Shown: piece by piece, positions 1 to 11,232 of the stretch | Position numbering within the stretch: the stretch's first letter is position 1 | Layout: every line of letters starts with the position of its first letter | Assembly (NCBI GenBank): GCA_038064195.1 | Contig: JBBTTO010000002.1 | Location: 630,615 to 694,614, forward strand | From: Patescibacteria group bacterium | Lineage (GTDB): Bacteria; Patescibacteriota; Microgenomatia; Levybacterales; UBA12049 | Reading direction: 5' to 3' | Length of the DNA: 64,000 bases | Notes under the pieces: model-generated | What the model was told of the DNA's origin: nothing | Seen by the model: only the letters and a program-made list of their open reading frames with translations | Database searches by the model: none | Program-made: the position numbers and the translations under genes

Positions 1-266
1 TTCTCGACGATATGGTAAAGCTGGGGGTTGTCTTTCTCCTCGATTTTTTGGGCGCCGGTTGTGGCCAGGACAAGCTTATCTGAAAAGAAAAAACTGCCGA
101 CTGAACTGAAAGTAGCAAAGATGAGCGCTATGATTGCGTAAGAACCAGCTTCATTTCCTGATGCCTTGCCATATATATAGCCAATTGTAGTAATAAAAAG
201 CACAAACAAGACCATGATAACCACAGTCTTACGTTTGTTACTTCCGACAGCATTATAGATATTCAT
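1..266 (-). CDS. htpX: M48 family zinc metalloprotease HtpX (5' part; runs off window)
   Basis: Manual translation MNIYNAVGSNKRKTVVIMVLF...FFFSDKLVLATTGAQKIEEKDNPQLYHIVE resembles the HtpX N-terminus; lies directly downstream of lemA. Confidence 0.85.
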   Translation of the reverse strand, partial: MNIYNAVGSNKRKTVVIMVLFVLFITTIGYIYGKASGNEAGSYAIIALIFATFSSVGSFFFSDKLVLATTGAQKIEEKDNPQLYHIVE

Positions 267-280
267 AGGAGAAATTATTT

Positions 281-368
281 CATTGTTAAATTGTTGCATT
301 GTCGAGCTACGCCTAACTCTCTCCTGAAAAGAGAGAGAACAATTTAGCAATATAACAATCAAACAATG
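281..368. repeat. Short-period (about 8-mer) inverted repeat element
   Basis: CATTGTTA/AATTGTTG/CATTGT arm opposed to ACAATTTAGCAATATAACAATCAAACAATG arm, internal CTCTCTC/GAGAGAG hairpin. Confidence 0.6.
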
Positions 369-423
369 ACCACCACTAAAATTTAACTAGAAAACCTAGC
401 CAGGTAAGTGTAAGTCTTTTACA

Positions 424-975
424 CTAGAATGAAACTTTTACTGCTTTTTTCTCTTCTTCTGTAGCAGCAAAGAAGTCTGCTGGCTTGAAGCCGAATAATG
501 ACCCGATAATGTTACTTGGGAATATGTTCAGCTTGGTGTTAAAGTCCAGTACTGTTGAATTCAAGAACTGTCGCGAGTAGGCAATTTTGTTCTCTGTATC
601 AGTCAGTTCATCCTGCAATTTGCCAAAATTTTCGTTGGCTTTTAACTGGGGATAATTTTCCGCAACTGCAAAAAGAGTCTTAAGCGTACCGCTGAGTTCG
701 TTATTTGCCTCGGCTTTTTCCTTAGTGGAATGGGCCTGCATTAAGCTGGTTCGTGCTTTCGTAATGTTCTCAAGAAGTTCTTTTTCATGCTTGGCATAGC
801 CTTTGACTGTCTCGATCAGGTTAGGGATAAGATCAGTCCGTCTTTTGAGCTGAACGTCAATTTGAGAGAGTGCTTCTGAAATACGTAGCTTTGACCGCAC
901 CAGTCCGTTATAGGTGAACCACAGATAAAGGATTATAACTCCGGCTAGCAGCGTAATAATCATTGAAATATTCAT
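424..975 (-). CDS. lemA: LemA family protein
   Basis: N-terminal TM helix, YNGLV...[30 protein letters not shown] motifs. Confidence 0.95.
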   Translation of the reverse strand: MNISMIITLLAGVIILYLWFTYNGLVRSKLRISEALSQIDVQLKRRTDLIPNLIETVKGYAKHEKELLENITKARTSLMQAHSTKEKAEANNELSGTLKTLFAVAENYPQLKANENFGKLQDELTDTENKIAYSRQFLNSTVLDFNTKLNIFPSNIIGSLFGFKPADFFAATEEEKKAVKVSF

Positions 976-987
976 TCTGTCACCTCC

Positions 988-2751
988 TCAGAGTATAAAC
1001 CACTCATGTAACTTATTATACTCTGTAGCGTTCCAAATGTCATCTTTTGTAGCCCAACCCCGTCTGGCGACAGACACGCCGTACTGCATAAGATCCATTT
1101 GTGATACCGCGTGACTGTCCGTGTTGATAAACAATTTGACTCCATGATTAATGGCCTCTCTGACCATTTTGTCTGAGAGGTCGAGGCGCGAAGGGTAAGC
1201 GTTGATCTCCAGAGCTTTATTTTCAGATTTACAAAAGTCAAAAATCTCCTTCCAGTCCAGATCATAGCCTGGTCTTTCATTAATAAGTCTCCCTGTCGGA
1301 TGGGAGAGTATTTTGGCTTTCGGGTGACTCAGACCTTTAAGAACTCTTTTAGTCATCTCTGCTTTGGACATTGAAAAGACACTGTGAATTGAAACGAGTG
1401 TCCCGTCCAGTAGTTCAAGTGCATCATTTGGCACTGCCAGAGCACCATTAGGCAATATATCCGTTTCGAGTAAAGAAAATATACGAACACTTCTAGTACT
1501 CCTTAGTTGATCAATTTTCTTACTCCGTTGAAGCAAAATTTTATATATTTCTTGCTGAGTATGCTTAGACTGGCTCGGATTATGCTCGGAAAATCCGAGA
1601 TAGTCATAGCCTAAATCGTTAGCCTTTTTTATCATTGTCTCCATTGTGTCTGCACCCATATCGTGACTCGGTTCGATAGGATAGCTGGAGTGGAGATGAA
1701 AATCTCCTTTTATGTCTGATAGCTCGATTAGCTTTGGCAGTTCGTGTTTTTGCGCGAGTTCAATTTCACCGCTGTCTTCACGAAGCTCAGGCGGGATCCA
1801 CTCTAGACCAAGTGCGTGATAAAACTTCTTCTCATCACCGTATTGAATTAGCTTTGAGGGGTTATCTTTCTTTCTGATCCCATACTCTGAGAGTGAGAGT
1901 CCTTTTTTAAGAGCGTATTCACGGAGGTGCACATTGTGTTCCTTACTGCCGGTGAAATGCTGGAGGAGGGAACCGAATGCCTCAGGTGGCTGTACCATGA
2001 GGTCGATATGCTTGCCACCCGAGATCAAAATTGAAGCTGATGCGTCGCCTTTTTCGATAATACGTTCTTTATAGGGGTATTTCGTGAAATACTCGAGTAC
2101 TTTTTGAGGCTCGTTAGTTGCAACAGCGATGTCGACATCGCCGATAGTTTCTTTCCTTCGTCTGAGGCTACCAAGTGGATAGACTTCCTTTACGTCCTTA
2201 CTCATTTTCATGTACTGGACGAGCTTGTCTGCTATCTCACCCGCAAAGGGGAGCGCCATGCGGGTAACTTTATCAACTCCCTGGCCGAATTCCTCAAGAG
2301 CTCGGAGAATATCACTTTGTGACTTCTCGCCGAACCCCTCTAAATCGGCAATTTTGTCTGTCCGGGCCAGTTTTTTTACGTCTGCGATGACGGTTTTGGG
2401 GTCTGTGAGCTTGAAGTGAGATACCAGACGATAGGCTTTCTTAGGGCCAAAGGAGGGAATATCCATAAGCGGGAACAGAGAGAGGGGTATATCCTTCATC
2501 ACGTCATCAAAATGCCTGACTTTGCCGCTCTCCATAAGCTCGGTTAAATGTGCCCTTATAGAGGGGCCTACGCCCGGGAAGCTTTTGAGCCGGTCTTCCT
2601 TGATCAGATCTTTAACTTCTGATGTAGATTGCTCTATTGCGTCTGCTGCCTTTTGATAAGCTATAATTTGGAAGCGGTATTTTTTTTCATCCTTTATGGA
2701 ATAGGCGGCTGCTACGTGACGGAGCAACCTGGCGATATCGTGATTAGTCAT
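988..2751 (-). CDS. polX: DNA polymerase X with PHP 3'-5' exonuclease domain
   Basis: GSLRRRKETIGDVDI, HFTGSKEHN, PHP motifs DFHLHS, SHPTGR, NTDSH. Confidence 0.95.
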   Translation of the reverse strand: MTNHDIARLLRHVAAAYSIKDEKKYRFQIIAYQKAADAIEQSTSEVKDLIKEDRLKSFPGVGPSIRAHLTELMESGKVRHFDDVMKDIPLSLFPLMDIPSFGPKKAYRLVSHFKLTDPKTVIADVKKLARTDKIADLEGFGEKSQSDILRALEEFGQGVDKVTRMALPFAGEIADKLVQYMKMSKDVKEVYPLGSLRRRKETIGDVDIAVATNEPQKVLEYFTKYPYKERIIEKGDASASILISGGKHIDLMVQPPEAFGSLLQHFTGSKEHNVHLREYALKKGLSLSEYGIRKKDNPSKLIQYGDEKKFYHALGLEWIPPELREDSGEIELAQKHELPKLIELSDIKGDFHLHSSYPIEPSHDMGADTMETMIKKANDLGYDYLGFSEHNPSQSKHTQQEIYKILLQRSKKIDQLRSTRSVRIFSLLETDILPNGALAVPNDALELLDGTLVSIHSVFSMSKAEMTKRVLKGLSHPKAKILSHPTGRLINERPGYDLDWKEIFDFCKSENKALEINAYPSRLDLSDKMVREAINHGVKLFINTDSHAVSQMDLMQYGVSVARRGWATKDDIWNATEYNKLHEWFIL

Positions 2752-2832
2752 GGGTCAAGTGTAACAAAACGTTGACTCCCTAGCAATTATCTGTTAGGAT
2801 ACACCCGTGCTTGGATAAGCACAATTTTTTTT

Positions 2833-2906
2833 GGGGTCGTAGCTCAGTTGGTTAGAGCGCTTCCCTGTCACGGAAGAGGTCGCGGGTTCGAGTCCCGTCG
2901 GCCCCG
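2833..2906 (+). tRNA. tRNA-Asp(GTC)
   Basis: Cloverleaf GGGGTCG...CGGCCCC, anticodon loop CT-GTC-AC, GGTTCGAGTCC T-arm; no encoded CCA. Confidence 0.95.
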
Positions 2907-2936
2907 CAACAAAATCTGCCCACCCGAACTAAAGGT

Positions 2937-3701
2937 ATGGCAGCAACTAAAAAGACAACAAAACAAACTGAAAATAAAGAAACGACTCGTCGGAGTCTTG
3001 GAATTAACAATCCGGTGACAGGTGCAGGATTGAATGACTATTTTAAGCTTGGCGAGTCGTATACCAGTTTGGTTCTCGGTATAGTCGTCGTCATCATTGC
3101 CTCCATCCTCTTAGTCTCACTCTTTAAGACACGCCCTACTCCCAAGAAAGATGCTCAGCAGGGGACATCCTCCATCAGTACGGTAGCCAATGCGCCTGTG
3201 ACGCTCAATCCTACTGTGTTAGTTACAGCCACGCCAACACCGACTGTAGCTCAAACAAAGCCCACGCTTACTCCCAAAGTTACTTCTGTTCCTGAAAAGC
3301 CTCGGGCAGGGTCTGAGACCTATACTATCAAGCCAGGTGATGATCTTTGGCATATCGCTGAAAGTAAATATCATGACGGTTATAAGTGGACGTTGATTGC
3401 GCAGGCAAATAAGCTCGACAATCCGGGCCTTATCAATGCGGGGAACAAGCTTGTTCTGCCTGTCGTATCCCAAACAGAAAAGCCGTCAACTCAGCTGGGC
3501 GGCCCGACTGCCACCGCACCGCCAGGTGGATCTTCGATTACTGCCAAGACATATACAGTCGTTCATGGAGATACTCTTTGGGATATTGCGGTACGGGCGT
3601 ATGGTAACGGCTACCGCTGGGTAGAAATCGCAAAAGCTAACAAGCTAAGCAATCCTGAACTGATCCACTCAGGTAATATCCTCTCAATCCCCCGGAAATG
3701 A
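2937..3701 (+). CDS. Membrane-anchored protein with two LysM domains
   Basis: TM helix, Pro/Thr linker, YTIKPGDDLWHIA and YTVVHGDTLWDIA LysM repeats. Confidence 0.9.
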   Translation: MAATKKTTKQTENKETTRRSLGINNPVTGAGLNDYFKLGESYTSLVLGIVVVIIASILLVSLFKTRPTPKKDAQQGTSSISTVANAPVTLNPTVLVTATPTPTVAQTKPTLTPKVTSVPEKPRAGSETYTIKPGDDLWHIAESKYHDGYKWTLIAQANKLDNPGLINAGNKLVLPVVSQTEKPSTQLGGPTATAPPGGSSITAKTYTVVHGDTLWDIAVRAYGNGYRWVEIAKANKLSNPELIHSGNILSIPRK

Positions 3702-4132
3702 TAGCTCCAGAGTCCCTCAGACAAATGCTTCCTCAGATGCGCGAAGTAGCGAGACTTGTTAATGAAGATTTACCAATTCTTCTAGGAGATCAATTAGGAG
3801 AGGGAATTACTGTTGATGAAATAGATGATATTGCCGGGTTGGAAAGGGCGGTGTTTTGTCTCGAGCAGATGCGATTAGTTGGGACGTATTGTGGGGAGCG
3901 TTTGGGTGTTATGAATGAGAAAGCAAGTCAGAATCTCTTAGGGAAATTCCATCCCGGAGAAGTTATCATCTTTGAAGATCCTGAAAAAGGGAAAACAGTT
4001 GTATATCAGCCGTATCAGCAAGACTATATTAGAGAGCGCCGTTCAGGCTACATATTTTCCTCGATTACAGTCAACGTCGAAGCCGGATTAGTCCGTCCAG
4101 TAGTTATAGAAGCAGTTAGTGAGGCCCGCTGA
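3698..4132 (+). CDS. Hypothetical protein
   Basis: 144-aa ORF coupled to the upstream gene by ATGA overlap. Confidence 0.6.
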   Translation: MIAPESLRQMLPQMREVARLVNEDLPILLGDQLGEGITVDEIDDIAGLERAVFCLEQMRLVGTYCGERLGVMNEKASQNLLGKFHPGEVIIFEDPEKGKTVVYQPYQQDYIRERRSGYIFSSITVNVEAGLVRPVVIEAVSEAR

Positions 4133-4177
4133 TTATTCCGAGAGTCTGATTTCTATGATATTATTGCAGTAATTCCC

Positions 4178-4251
4178 GCGGGGTTAGTACACCGGTAGTA
4201 TGCTACCTTCCCAAGGTAGAGAAGCGAGTTCGATTCTCGTACCCCGCTCCA
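4178..4251 (+). tRNA. tRNA-Gly(CCC)
   Basis: GCGGGGT...ACCCCGC-T-CCA, anticodon arm CTACC-TTCCCAA-GGTAG. Confidence 0.93.
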
Positions 4252-4301
4252 AATGTACGGAAGTAACCATAAACTCACATAGAGTTACTCTCAAACTACT
4301 T

Positions 4302-4967
4302 ATGACATTACTCATAGCACATCGGGGGAATACAAATTCATTCCGCGAGAATACCCTCGAAGCATTTTTATCAGCTTTTAAGATGGGGGCTGATGGAATT
4401 GAGCTCGATATTCATCTGTTTAATGGCGAAATTGTTGTCGTTCATGATTTTTTATTCAATCAAAATAATAAATACCCAAAACTTAAGGACGTTTTAAGAG
4501 AAATTTATTCAAAAGGAAGAATTGAGATAGAAATAAAGGAGTTTGATTCTAAGATTCTTCAGCCATTGAAAGAAGTACTAAACAAGTTTCCCCGGGCTGA
4601 TTTTGAATTAACAACAAGCGAAATTCCCTTGGCACCATATATCAAGGAAAGTTTTCCTGAAATCCCATTAGGACTGATTTTTCATGACTCACTTTTTCAC
4701 GAATGGATGACGCAAGAACTGGTCAAACAAAAGCTGATTGGTTGGGGCAAATTGGCCAAGGCTGACAGATTACATGTTTCACTCAAAACGTTAAAGCAAT
4801 TCGGACAAGGTGTTCTTGTAGATGAATTGCACAAATCGGGCTTTATTGTTCATTCACATATTTTTAATACTGGAGATCAAAGCAATGACTTTGCAAAAAT
4901 TTCTGAATGGAGTGTCGATCAATGTACTTTTGATAATATCGATATTCTTAAACTAAGGAATACTTAA
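4302..4967 (+). CDS. Glycerophosphodiester phosphodiesterase family protein
   Basis: IAHRG, ENTLEAF, GADGIELDI, HD and IEIK motifs; start moved to ATG 4302 because the longer ORF overlaps the tRNA. Confidence 0.88.
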   Translation: MTLLIAHRGNTNSFRENTLEAFLSAFKMGADGIELDIHLFNGEIVVVHDFLFNQNNKYPKLKDVLREIYSKGRIEIEIKEFDSKILQPLKEVLNKFPRADFELTTSEIPLAPYIKESFPEIPLGLIFHDSLFHEWMTQELVKQKLIGWGKLAKADRLHVSLKTLKQFGQGVLVDELHKSGFIVHSHIFNTGDQSNDFAKISEWSVDQCTFDNIDILKLRNT

Positions 4968-5030
4968 AGCTTGTATCTGATATAGAATTTCCCAATTGAC
5001 TTACTTGTTTTATTTTTGCTAAGATTAATC

Positions 5031-6713
5031 GTGCCCCGTAGTAAATCAAAGACACACAAAACAAAATTTATCTTCGTCTCAGGTGGAGTCATTTCCGGCA
5101 TCGGAAAAGGCCTAACGGCATCATCCATAGGGTTTCTTCTTAAATCCGCAGGTTATAGCGTCGCCCCGATTAAATTTGAAAATTACCTTAACTTAGACGC
5201 CGGTACTATCAATCCTATAGAACATGGCGATCCTTTCTTGTGTGAAGACGGCACTGAGGCAGATATGGATATAGGGTCATATGAGAAATTTATCGGTGAG
5301 GACATGGGGACAGCGAATTTCGTCACCATGGGCAAAATCTACCAGACGGTAATTGATAAAGAACGCCGATTTGAGTACAACGGTGAAGATGTCGAGGCTA
5401 TACCCCATATAACAGATGAAATAGCCAGGCGGATTCAGCTTCTTGCCAAAAAACGTCAGGCTGACATCGTCCTCATCGAACTCGGTGGTACGGCAGGTGA
5501 GTACCAGAATGTTTTTTATTATGAAGCCTCACGCATCATGACACTGCGTAATCCGGGAGACGTGATTCACGTCCATGTCAGTTATGTGCCGACTCCTGCG
5601 CATTTGGGTGAGCCTAAGACCAAACCCACCCAGCTTTCAGTCCGCACACTTAACTCACTTGGTATCCAACCGGACTTTATCATTGCCCGCTCTGAGAAGT
5701 ATTTGGATAAAAGACGACGGGATCGTTTTGCGCTTTTCTGCAATATGCACCCTGAGGATATTATTTCCAATCCCGATTTGGAAAGTGTTTATGAAATTCC
5801 GCTCACTCTCCATGAGCAGGGACTTGATAGAAGGATCTTAGAAAAACTCGGTTTACCGGTCCATCCGCCCAAACTTGATAAATGGAAGAAATTAGTTGCC
5901 GCGATAAAGGCGCCGAAGAAGCGCACCGTCGAAATTGCCATCATCGGTAAATATTTCGGGACAGGCGAGTACCAGCTGCGTGATTCATACGCTGCACTTT
6001 TTGATGCTATCGACCACGCGGCAACCTACGAGGGAGTTGCGGTTAAGACTCGCTGGGTAGATGCTGAGAAAGTAACGCCTGAGACGGTGGCTGAGGTTGT
6101 CGGTAAGCCGGATGGCATCATCGTGCCGATCGGTTGGGGAGTCAGGGGAGCTGAGGGAATGATAGCTGCTGCCAATTATGCCAGGGAGAAAAAGGTCCCT
6201 TACCTCGGACTCTGTTATGGTATGCAGTTAGCAGTTGTTGCCTATTCCCGCCATATCCTCGGACTTGATAAAGCTAACACTGAAGAGAATGATCCTGAGG
6301 CTGTTGATAAGGTAATTCACTTTATCCCTCACCAAAAAGAGCTTGTGAGACAGCGTGCCTATGGCGGCACGATGCGCCTTGGTGGCTGGGAGGCAATTGT
6401 CAAAAAAGGGACGATCGCTTACGAGGCTTACGCAAAATACGGCGGGCTGCTTGATAAAAAGACAGGACTTACCAGTGAGCGTCATCGTCACCGTTATGAA
6501 TTCAATGATGACTATGCCATAGACTTGGAGAAAGCAGGGCTGGTGATAGCAGCGCGTTCGGTCAAAGAAAATTTAGTTGAGATTGTTGAGCTTCCCCGTG
6601 ACAAACATCCTTTTTACCTGGGGACACAGGGTCATCCGGAGTATAAAAGTCGACCGCTTCATCCTCATCCTCTTTTTATTACTTTTATTCAGGCCTGCGC
6701 CAAACAAAAATAG
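5031..6713 (+). CDS. pyrG: CTP synthase
   Basis: SGGVISGIGKG, KTKPTQ, GLCYGMQ, RHRHRYE, HPE motifs; GTG start chosen. Confidence 0.97.
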   Translation: MPRSKSKTHKTKFIFVSGGVISGIGKGLTASSIGFLLKSAGYSVAPIKFENYLNLDAGTINPIEHGDPFLCEDGTEADMDIGSYEKFIGEDMGTANFVTMGKIYQTVIDKERRFEYNGEDVEAIPHITDEIARRIQLLAKKRQADIVLIELGGTAGEYQNVFYYEASRIMTLRNPGDVIHVHVSYVPTPAHLGEPKTKPTQLSVRTLNSLGIQPDFIIARSEKYLDKRRRDRFALFCNMHPEDIISNPDLESVYEIPLTLHEQGLDRRILEKLGLPVHPPKLDKWKKLVAAIKAPKKRTVEIAIIGKYFGTGEYQLRDSYAALFDAIDHAATYEGVAVKTRWVDAEKVTPETVAEVVGKPDGIIVPIGWGVRGAEGMIAAANYAREKKVPYLGLCYGMQLAVVAYSRHILGLDKANTEENDPEAVDKVIHFIPHQKELVRQRAYGGTMRLGGWEAIVKKGTIAYEAYAKYGGLLDKKTGLTSERHRHRYEFNDDYAIDLEKAGLVIAARSVKENLVEIVELPRDKHPFYLGTQGHPEYKSRPLHPHPLFITFIQACAKQK

Positions 6714-6757
6714 GAGATCCTCACGATCGCTAATGCGATCTCAGGACAATAGCTTGG
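6714..6757. repeat. REP-like hairpin after pyrG
   Basis: TCCTCAC-GATCGC-TAAT-GCGATC-TCAGGA imperfect palindrome. Confidence 0.5.
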
Positions 6758-6811
6758 GCTAATTACGGAGTTTTGCTTGTAAATTACAGACATTTTCAGT
6801 ATAATCCAAGT

Positions 6812-7096
6812 ATGATTCAAACTATTGATTTTGTACCGGGCGATGTAGTTCGTGTTCATCAGAAAATTCAGGAAGGCGAAAAATTCCGTATTCAGGTATT
6901 TCAGGGTACGGTTCTGCAGATCCGCGGTCGGGGAGAGAGTAAGACTTTTACTGTCCGTAAAGAGGTACAAGGTGTAGCTGTTGAGAAAATTTGGCAAATC
7001 GGTTCACCCCTTCTTGAGAAAGTTGAAGTGAAAGAAAAGCCGAAAGATAAGCCCCGCAGAGCCCGCCTCACCTATCTTCATACCGCCAAACGTTAA
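6812..7096 (+). CDS. rplS: 50S ribosomal protein L19
   Basis: PGDVVRVHQKIQEGEKFRIQVFQG, TFTVRK, RRARLTY. Confidence 0.95.
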   Translation: MIQTIDFVPGDVVRVHQKIQEGEKFRIQVFQGTVLQIRGRGESKTFTVRKEVQGVAVEKIWQIGSPLLEKVEVKEKPKDKPRRARLTYLHTAKR

Positions 7097-7152
7097 ATCT
7101 TCTTTTTTCTTCTCAAATTTGTCATACTCCTTATTGGAGCGTGGTTCCTTTT

Positions 7153-7530
7153 ATGTTACGTGGATATAAGAAGCAGTTCGGAGAAAAAGGGGAAAATGAG
7201 GCTTGCGATTACCTTAGCCGTCATGGATATCAGATAGTTGAGCGTAACTTCAGAACTCGTAATGGCGAAATAGATATCATCGCGATTGACAAAGCTGAGA
7301 AACCACCTGCGCTATGTTTTATTGAGGTTAAGAGCCGTTTTTCTGACGAATATGGAGATCCTTTGGAAGCAATTACGTATTTCAAACTGCGGGCTCTTAT
7401 CAGGACAGCTCAGTTCTACATTCTCAGCCATCCCAAATTGCCTCAATTGCTCAGACTTGACGCAATCGCTGTGACTATGGATCATATGGGTAACCTCCGT
7501 GATTTAAAGCTTGTAAAAAATCTTAATTAG
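7153..7530 (+). CDS. YraN family (UPF0102) nuclease
   Basis: GEKGE, ERNFRTRNGEIDIIA, FIEVKSR. Confidence 0.92.
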   Translation: MLRGYKKQFGEKGENEACDYLSRHGYQIVERNFRTRNGEIDIIAIDKAEKPPALCFIEVKSRFSDEYGDPLEAITYFKLRALIRTAQFYILSHPKLPQLLRLDAIAVTMDHMGNLRDLKLVKNLN

Positions 7531-7546
7531 TGCTATCTTTACGGCC

Positions 7547-8947
7547 ATGTACGATAAAAAAGTAAAAATTGTAGCAACAATCGGTCCTGCGAGTAATTCT
7601 TTTAATACACTTCTAGCACTCGCTAAAGAAGGTGTTGATGTTTTTCGTATCAACCTCTCACATCAACCTCAAGAAGAAATAATAACCTTAGTCAAAAATA
7701 TGCGGGCCGTTGAGGATCGTCTGGGGAGACCGTTAACTATCATGGGTGATTTAGCGGGTCCCAAAATTCGTATCGGTAAAGTGGAGACCGGAACTGTTCT
7801 CAAAAACAATGACGAGGTGGAGATCGTACAAAAGGCAGTTGTCGGGACAGCGCGCAAATTATCGGTTAACTATCCGACCATTATCACGCAACTTAAAAAA
7901 GGAGCAGAAATCTATGTTGATGACGGGAAGATAAGGATGGTAGTTATCCAGGAAGGCAAAGAAAAAGCTGTCGCCAAAGTAGTTGTCGGGGGACCGCTTA
8001 TCTCCTACAAAGGCTTTTACGCTCAGGGACTCTCACTTGAAAATCACGGCCTGACCAAAAAAGATAAAGACGATATCGCATTAATGGTAGAACAGGGAGT
8101 GGATGCGCTGGCTATATCTTTTGTGCAATCAGAAAAAGACGTAGAAGCAGTTCGGCGTTTGTTGCCCCATGACTCAAAGATCGCGCTCATTGCCAAGATT
8201 GAGACAGCCAAGGCAATTGAAAATGTCACTAAAATTATTACAGTATCTGACGGGTTGATGGTCGCCAGAGGTGATCTCGGACTGGCTGTCCCTATGGCTG
8301 AGGTTCCGCATCTGCAAAAGAGACTCATTGATCTATGTCTCCAGCATGCCAAGCCTGTTATTACTGCAACACAAATGCTTGAGTCTATGACTAATAATCC
8401 GCTGCCTACAAGAGCGGAAGTAACGGATGTGGCAAACGCAATTTTAGATGGGACTGACGCAGTTATGCTTTCAGGCGAATCGGCCATGGGTAAATTTCCG
8501 GTTGAGACTGTCAGGATGATGGCACAGATCATAACAAGTGCCGTGCCTCATGTAGTACAGCGGGAATTTGACCATGAGCATGCTGTTGGCAACGCGGTTA
8601 GTGCCAATGTCGGACATGTGGCCAATCAGATCAACGCCCGCCTGGTCGTCGCCTTTACCCACCATGGCAAGTCGGCTCAGCGTATCTCCAGGCACCGCTC
8701 TCAACAGGCAATTATTGCTCTCACACCAGTTAAAGAGACTCTAAGACGCCTTAATTTTAGTTGGGGAGTATTTCCATTCGCTATTGAGCCAACAAAAGGC
8801 TTTACGGATATGACTGAACAGGCCAAAGCAATAGCTTCTAACAATCCGGTCATCAAGCTACATAAAGGCGAGCATTTTGTGATAGCAGCCGGTATGCCCT
8901 TCGGCCAGACCGGAACAACCAACATGATCCTGGTAGAACGAGTATGA
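7547..8947 (+). CDS. pyk: Pyruvate kinase
   Basis: KIVATIGPAS, IAKIE, MVARGDLG, ATQMLESM, TRAEVTDV, MLSGESA. Confidence 0.97.
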   Translation: MYDKKVKIVATIGPASNSFNTLLALAKEGVDVFRINLSHQPQEEIITLVKNMRAVEDRLGRPLTIMGDLAGPKIRIGKVETGTVLKNNDEVEIVQKAVVGTARKLSVNYPTIITQLKKGAEIYVDDGKIRMVVIQEGKEKAVAKVVVGGPLISYKGFYAQGLSLENHGLTKKDKDDIALMVEQGVDALAISFVQSEKDVEAVRRLLPHDSKIALIAKIETAKAIENVTKIITVSDGLMVARGDLGLAVPMAEVPHLQKRLIDLCLQHAKPVITATQMLESMTNNPLPTRAEVTDVANAILDGTDAVMLSGESAMGKFPVETVRMMAQIITSAVPHVVQREFDHEHAVGNAVSANVGHVANQINARLVVAFTHHGKSAQRISRHRSQQAIIALTPVKETLRRLNFSWGVFPFAIEPTKGFTDMTEQAKAIASNNPVIKLHKGEHFVIAAGMPFGQTGTTNMILVERV

Positions 8948-9231
8948 GTATTGATAATGATCGCCGACCATCAGTTGTTGATAGAATAAAAGCGAAAGGG
9001 GATTTTTTAGTTCCATGGAGACCAGAAGAAGCAGTTGAGCATCCAACTTCTGATGGTGGAAGAGTTGTTTTTCATCCCAGGCTGGATAGAGCGAGTACTG
9101 CGCAATTCAGAGATGTGGAGACGTTCCGCCCTGTATTATTAAGACCTTCGGATGTAGTTCACCTGTATAATGGAGACAACAAATTAGTTAAGCGCTCGCG
9201 GGCACGTAATTTGCCCGTCTCAGAGAGATAA
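8944..9231 (+). CDS. Hypothetical protein
   Basis: 95-aa ORF coupled to pyk (ATGA), abuts uvrB stop. Confidence 0.5.
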   Translation: MSIDNDRRPSVVDRIKAKGDFLVPWRPEEAVEHPTSDGGRVVFHPRLDRASTAQFRDVETFRPVLLRPSDVVHLYNGDNKLVKRSRARNLPVSER

Positions 9232-11232
9232 TTACTTCCCCTGGAGGCGGCGCACTTGGTCGCGAAGGAGCATCGCAGTCTCAAAATCCAGTCCCTCTGC
9301 TGCAGATTTCATTTCTTTTCTCAGTTGTTTAATTAACTTTTCTTTTTCATCCGGCAGGAGGACATCTTTCTTACCCATCTTGAGGAGAAAATCAACAGAG
9401 GGCTTGCCTTCTTCTTTTTCTTTTTGCTGCTCGATGAGACGGGCGCGGATAGCCTTATCAATGGTGATCGGCGTAATCCCGTGTTTTTCGTTATACGCCA
9501 GCTGGATTTCACGACGCCTTTCGACCTCATCAATTGCCGCTTTCATAGATTTAGTCATATTATCGGCATACATAATGACCTCACTGTCGATATTTCGTGC
9601 GGCTCGCCCCATTGTTTGAATCAGCGATGTACGGCTGCGTAAAAAGCCTTCTTTATCCGCATCAAGTATGGCTACAAGTGTTACTTCCGGGAGATCAAGT
9701 CCTTCACGAAGGAGGTTAATTCCGACCAGGACGTCTACTTCTCCTAGTCTTAATTGGTCGAGGATATCCTGGCGTTCAAGTGTAATAATATCTGAATGAA
9801 GATAGGTTACTTTGATCTGATGTTCCTGGAGGTATGACGAAAGTTCCTCAGCCATACGTTTGGTGAGGGTTGTCACCAGCACACGTTGGTTTTTAGCCGT
9901 CCGTTTTTTGATTTCCTCAAGCAGGTCTTTAATTTGTCCATCAGTCGGCTTGACGATGACTTTCGGATCGACAATACCGGTAGGGCGGATAAGCTGTTCG
10001 GCCACACCACCTGACTCGGAAGCCAAAGATAACTCATACTCTTCAGGAGTGGCTGACACATACACGGCGCGATTGACATGCCGCATGAATTCTTCAAACC
10101 TGAGCGGGCGGTTATCAAGTGCTGAGGGGAGGCGAAAGCCGTAGTCAATGAGTGTTTCTTTACGCGATCTGTCGCCGTTGTACATGCCTCTGATCTGGGG
10201 GAGAGTGATATGAGATTCGTCAACAACAAGCAGCCAGTCTTTAGTACTGTGATCAAAATAGTCAATAAGGGTATAAGGCGGATCTCCCGGCTTGCGTCCG
10301 TCAAAATAAATAGAATAGTTTTCAATCCCGTTGACGTAGCCGACCTCCCGAATCATCTCAAGATCATATTTAGTTCGCTGTTGGATGCGTTGGGCTTCGA
10401 CCAATTTGCCTTGCGACTTAAGGAATTCAACTTGCTTTTCTGTGTCTCTTGTAATGTTTTTAAAAGCCTCGTCATATGTCTTAGGATCAGTCATGTAGTG
10501 TTTGGCAGGATAGATCATAGCTTTGTTCATAACCTGGAGAGTTTCTCCTGTTAAGGGGTCAAATTCCACGATGCTTGTGATCGAATCGGTACCTAGTTCA
10601 ATCCGTATGCCTGTGTCTATGTAGGCCGGGAGGAGCTCTATCGTGCCTCCGCGTACCCTGAACGTACTCCGACGGAACTCATAATCATTACGATCATATT
10701 GCAAGTCAGCAAGACGTACCAGAATGTCACGTTGGGTTATTTTCATTCCCGGTACAAGCTCGAGCACAAATTTCCCGTACTCAACAGGCGAGCCTAGGTT
10801 ATAAATACATGAGACTGATGCGACAACTATCACGTCTTTACGGCTAAGCAAATTGGTGGTCGCAGACAGGCGGAGCTTATCGATTTCTTCATTGATCTCA
10901 GCTTCTTTTTCGATATAGGTATCGCTGCTCGGGACATACGCTTCAGGCTGATAGTAGTCATAGTAAGACACGAAGTAAGAGACAGCGTTATTCGGGAAAA
11001 AGTCCCTGAATTCCTGATAGAGCTGGGCGGCCAGAGTCTTATTATGTGAGATAACCAGTGTCGGCTTTTGGATTTGTTGGATAACATTTGCCATGGTGAA
11101 CGTTTTGCCACTGCCTGTCACGCCGAGGAGAACCTGGTTTTGTTTTTGTGCCTTGAGGCCTTGCGTCAGCTTGGCTATAGCGTCCGGCTGGTCGCCTGTG
11201 GGTTTGAATTTACTGACTAGCTCAAAATCCAT
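9232..11232 (-). CDS. uvrB: Excinuclease ABC subunit B
   Basis: [31 protein letters not shown]-terminal UVR domain; start at MDFELVS. Confidence 0.98.
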   Translation of the reverse strand: MDFELVSKFKPTGDQPDAIAKLTQGLKAQKQNQVLLGVTGSGKTFTMANVIQQIQKPTLVISHNKTLAAQLYQEFRDFFPNNAVSYFVSYYDYYQPEAYVPSSDTYIEKEAEINEEIDKLRLSATTNLLSRKDVIVVASVSCIYNLGSPVEYGKFVLELVPGMKITQRDILVRLADLQYDRNDYEFRRSTFRVRGGTIELLPAYIDTGIRIELGTDSITSIVEFDPLTGETLQVMNKAMIYPAKHYMTDPKTYDEAFKNITRDTEKQVEFLKSQGKLVEAQRIQQRTKYDLEMIREVGYVNGIENYSIYFDGRKPGDPPYTLIDYFDHSTKDWLLVVDESHITLPQIRGMYNGDRSRKETLIDYGFRLPSALDNRPLRFEEFMRHVNRAVYVSATPEEYELSLASESGGVAEQLIRPTGIVDPKVIVKPTDGQIKDLLEEIKKRTAKNQRVLVTTLTKRMAEELSSYLQEHQIKVTYLHSDIITLERQDILDQLRLGEVDVLVGINLLREGLDLPEVTLVAILDADKEGFLRSRTSLIQTMGRAARNIDSEVIMYADNMTKSMKAAIDEVERRREIQLAYNEKHGITPITIDKAIRARLIEQQKEKEEGKPSVDFLLKMGKKDVLLPDEKEKLIKQLRKEMKSAAEGLDFETAMLLRDQVRRLQGK

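Noticed and set aside
4200-4301. N-terminal extension of the phosphodiesterase ORF, and ORFs 27082-27294, 43693-43884, 44058-44255, 58980-59230
   Set aside because: They overlap tRNA genes or structured repeats and are spurious readings
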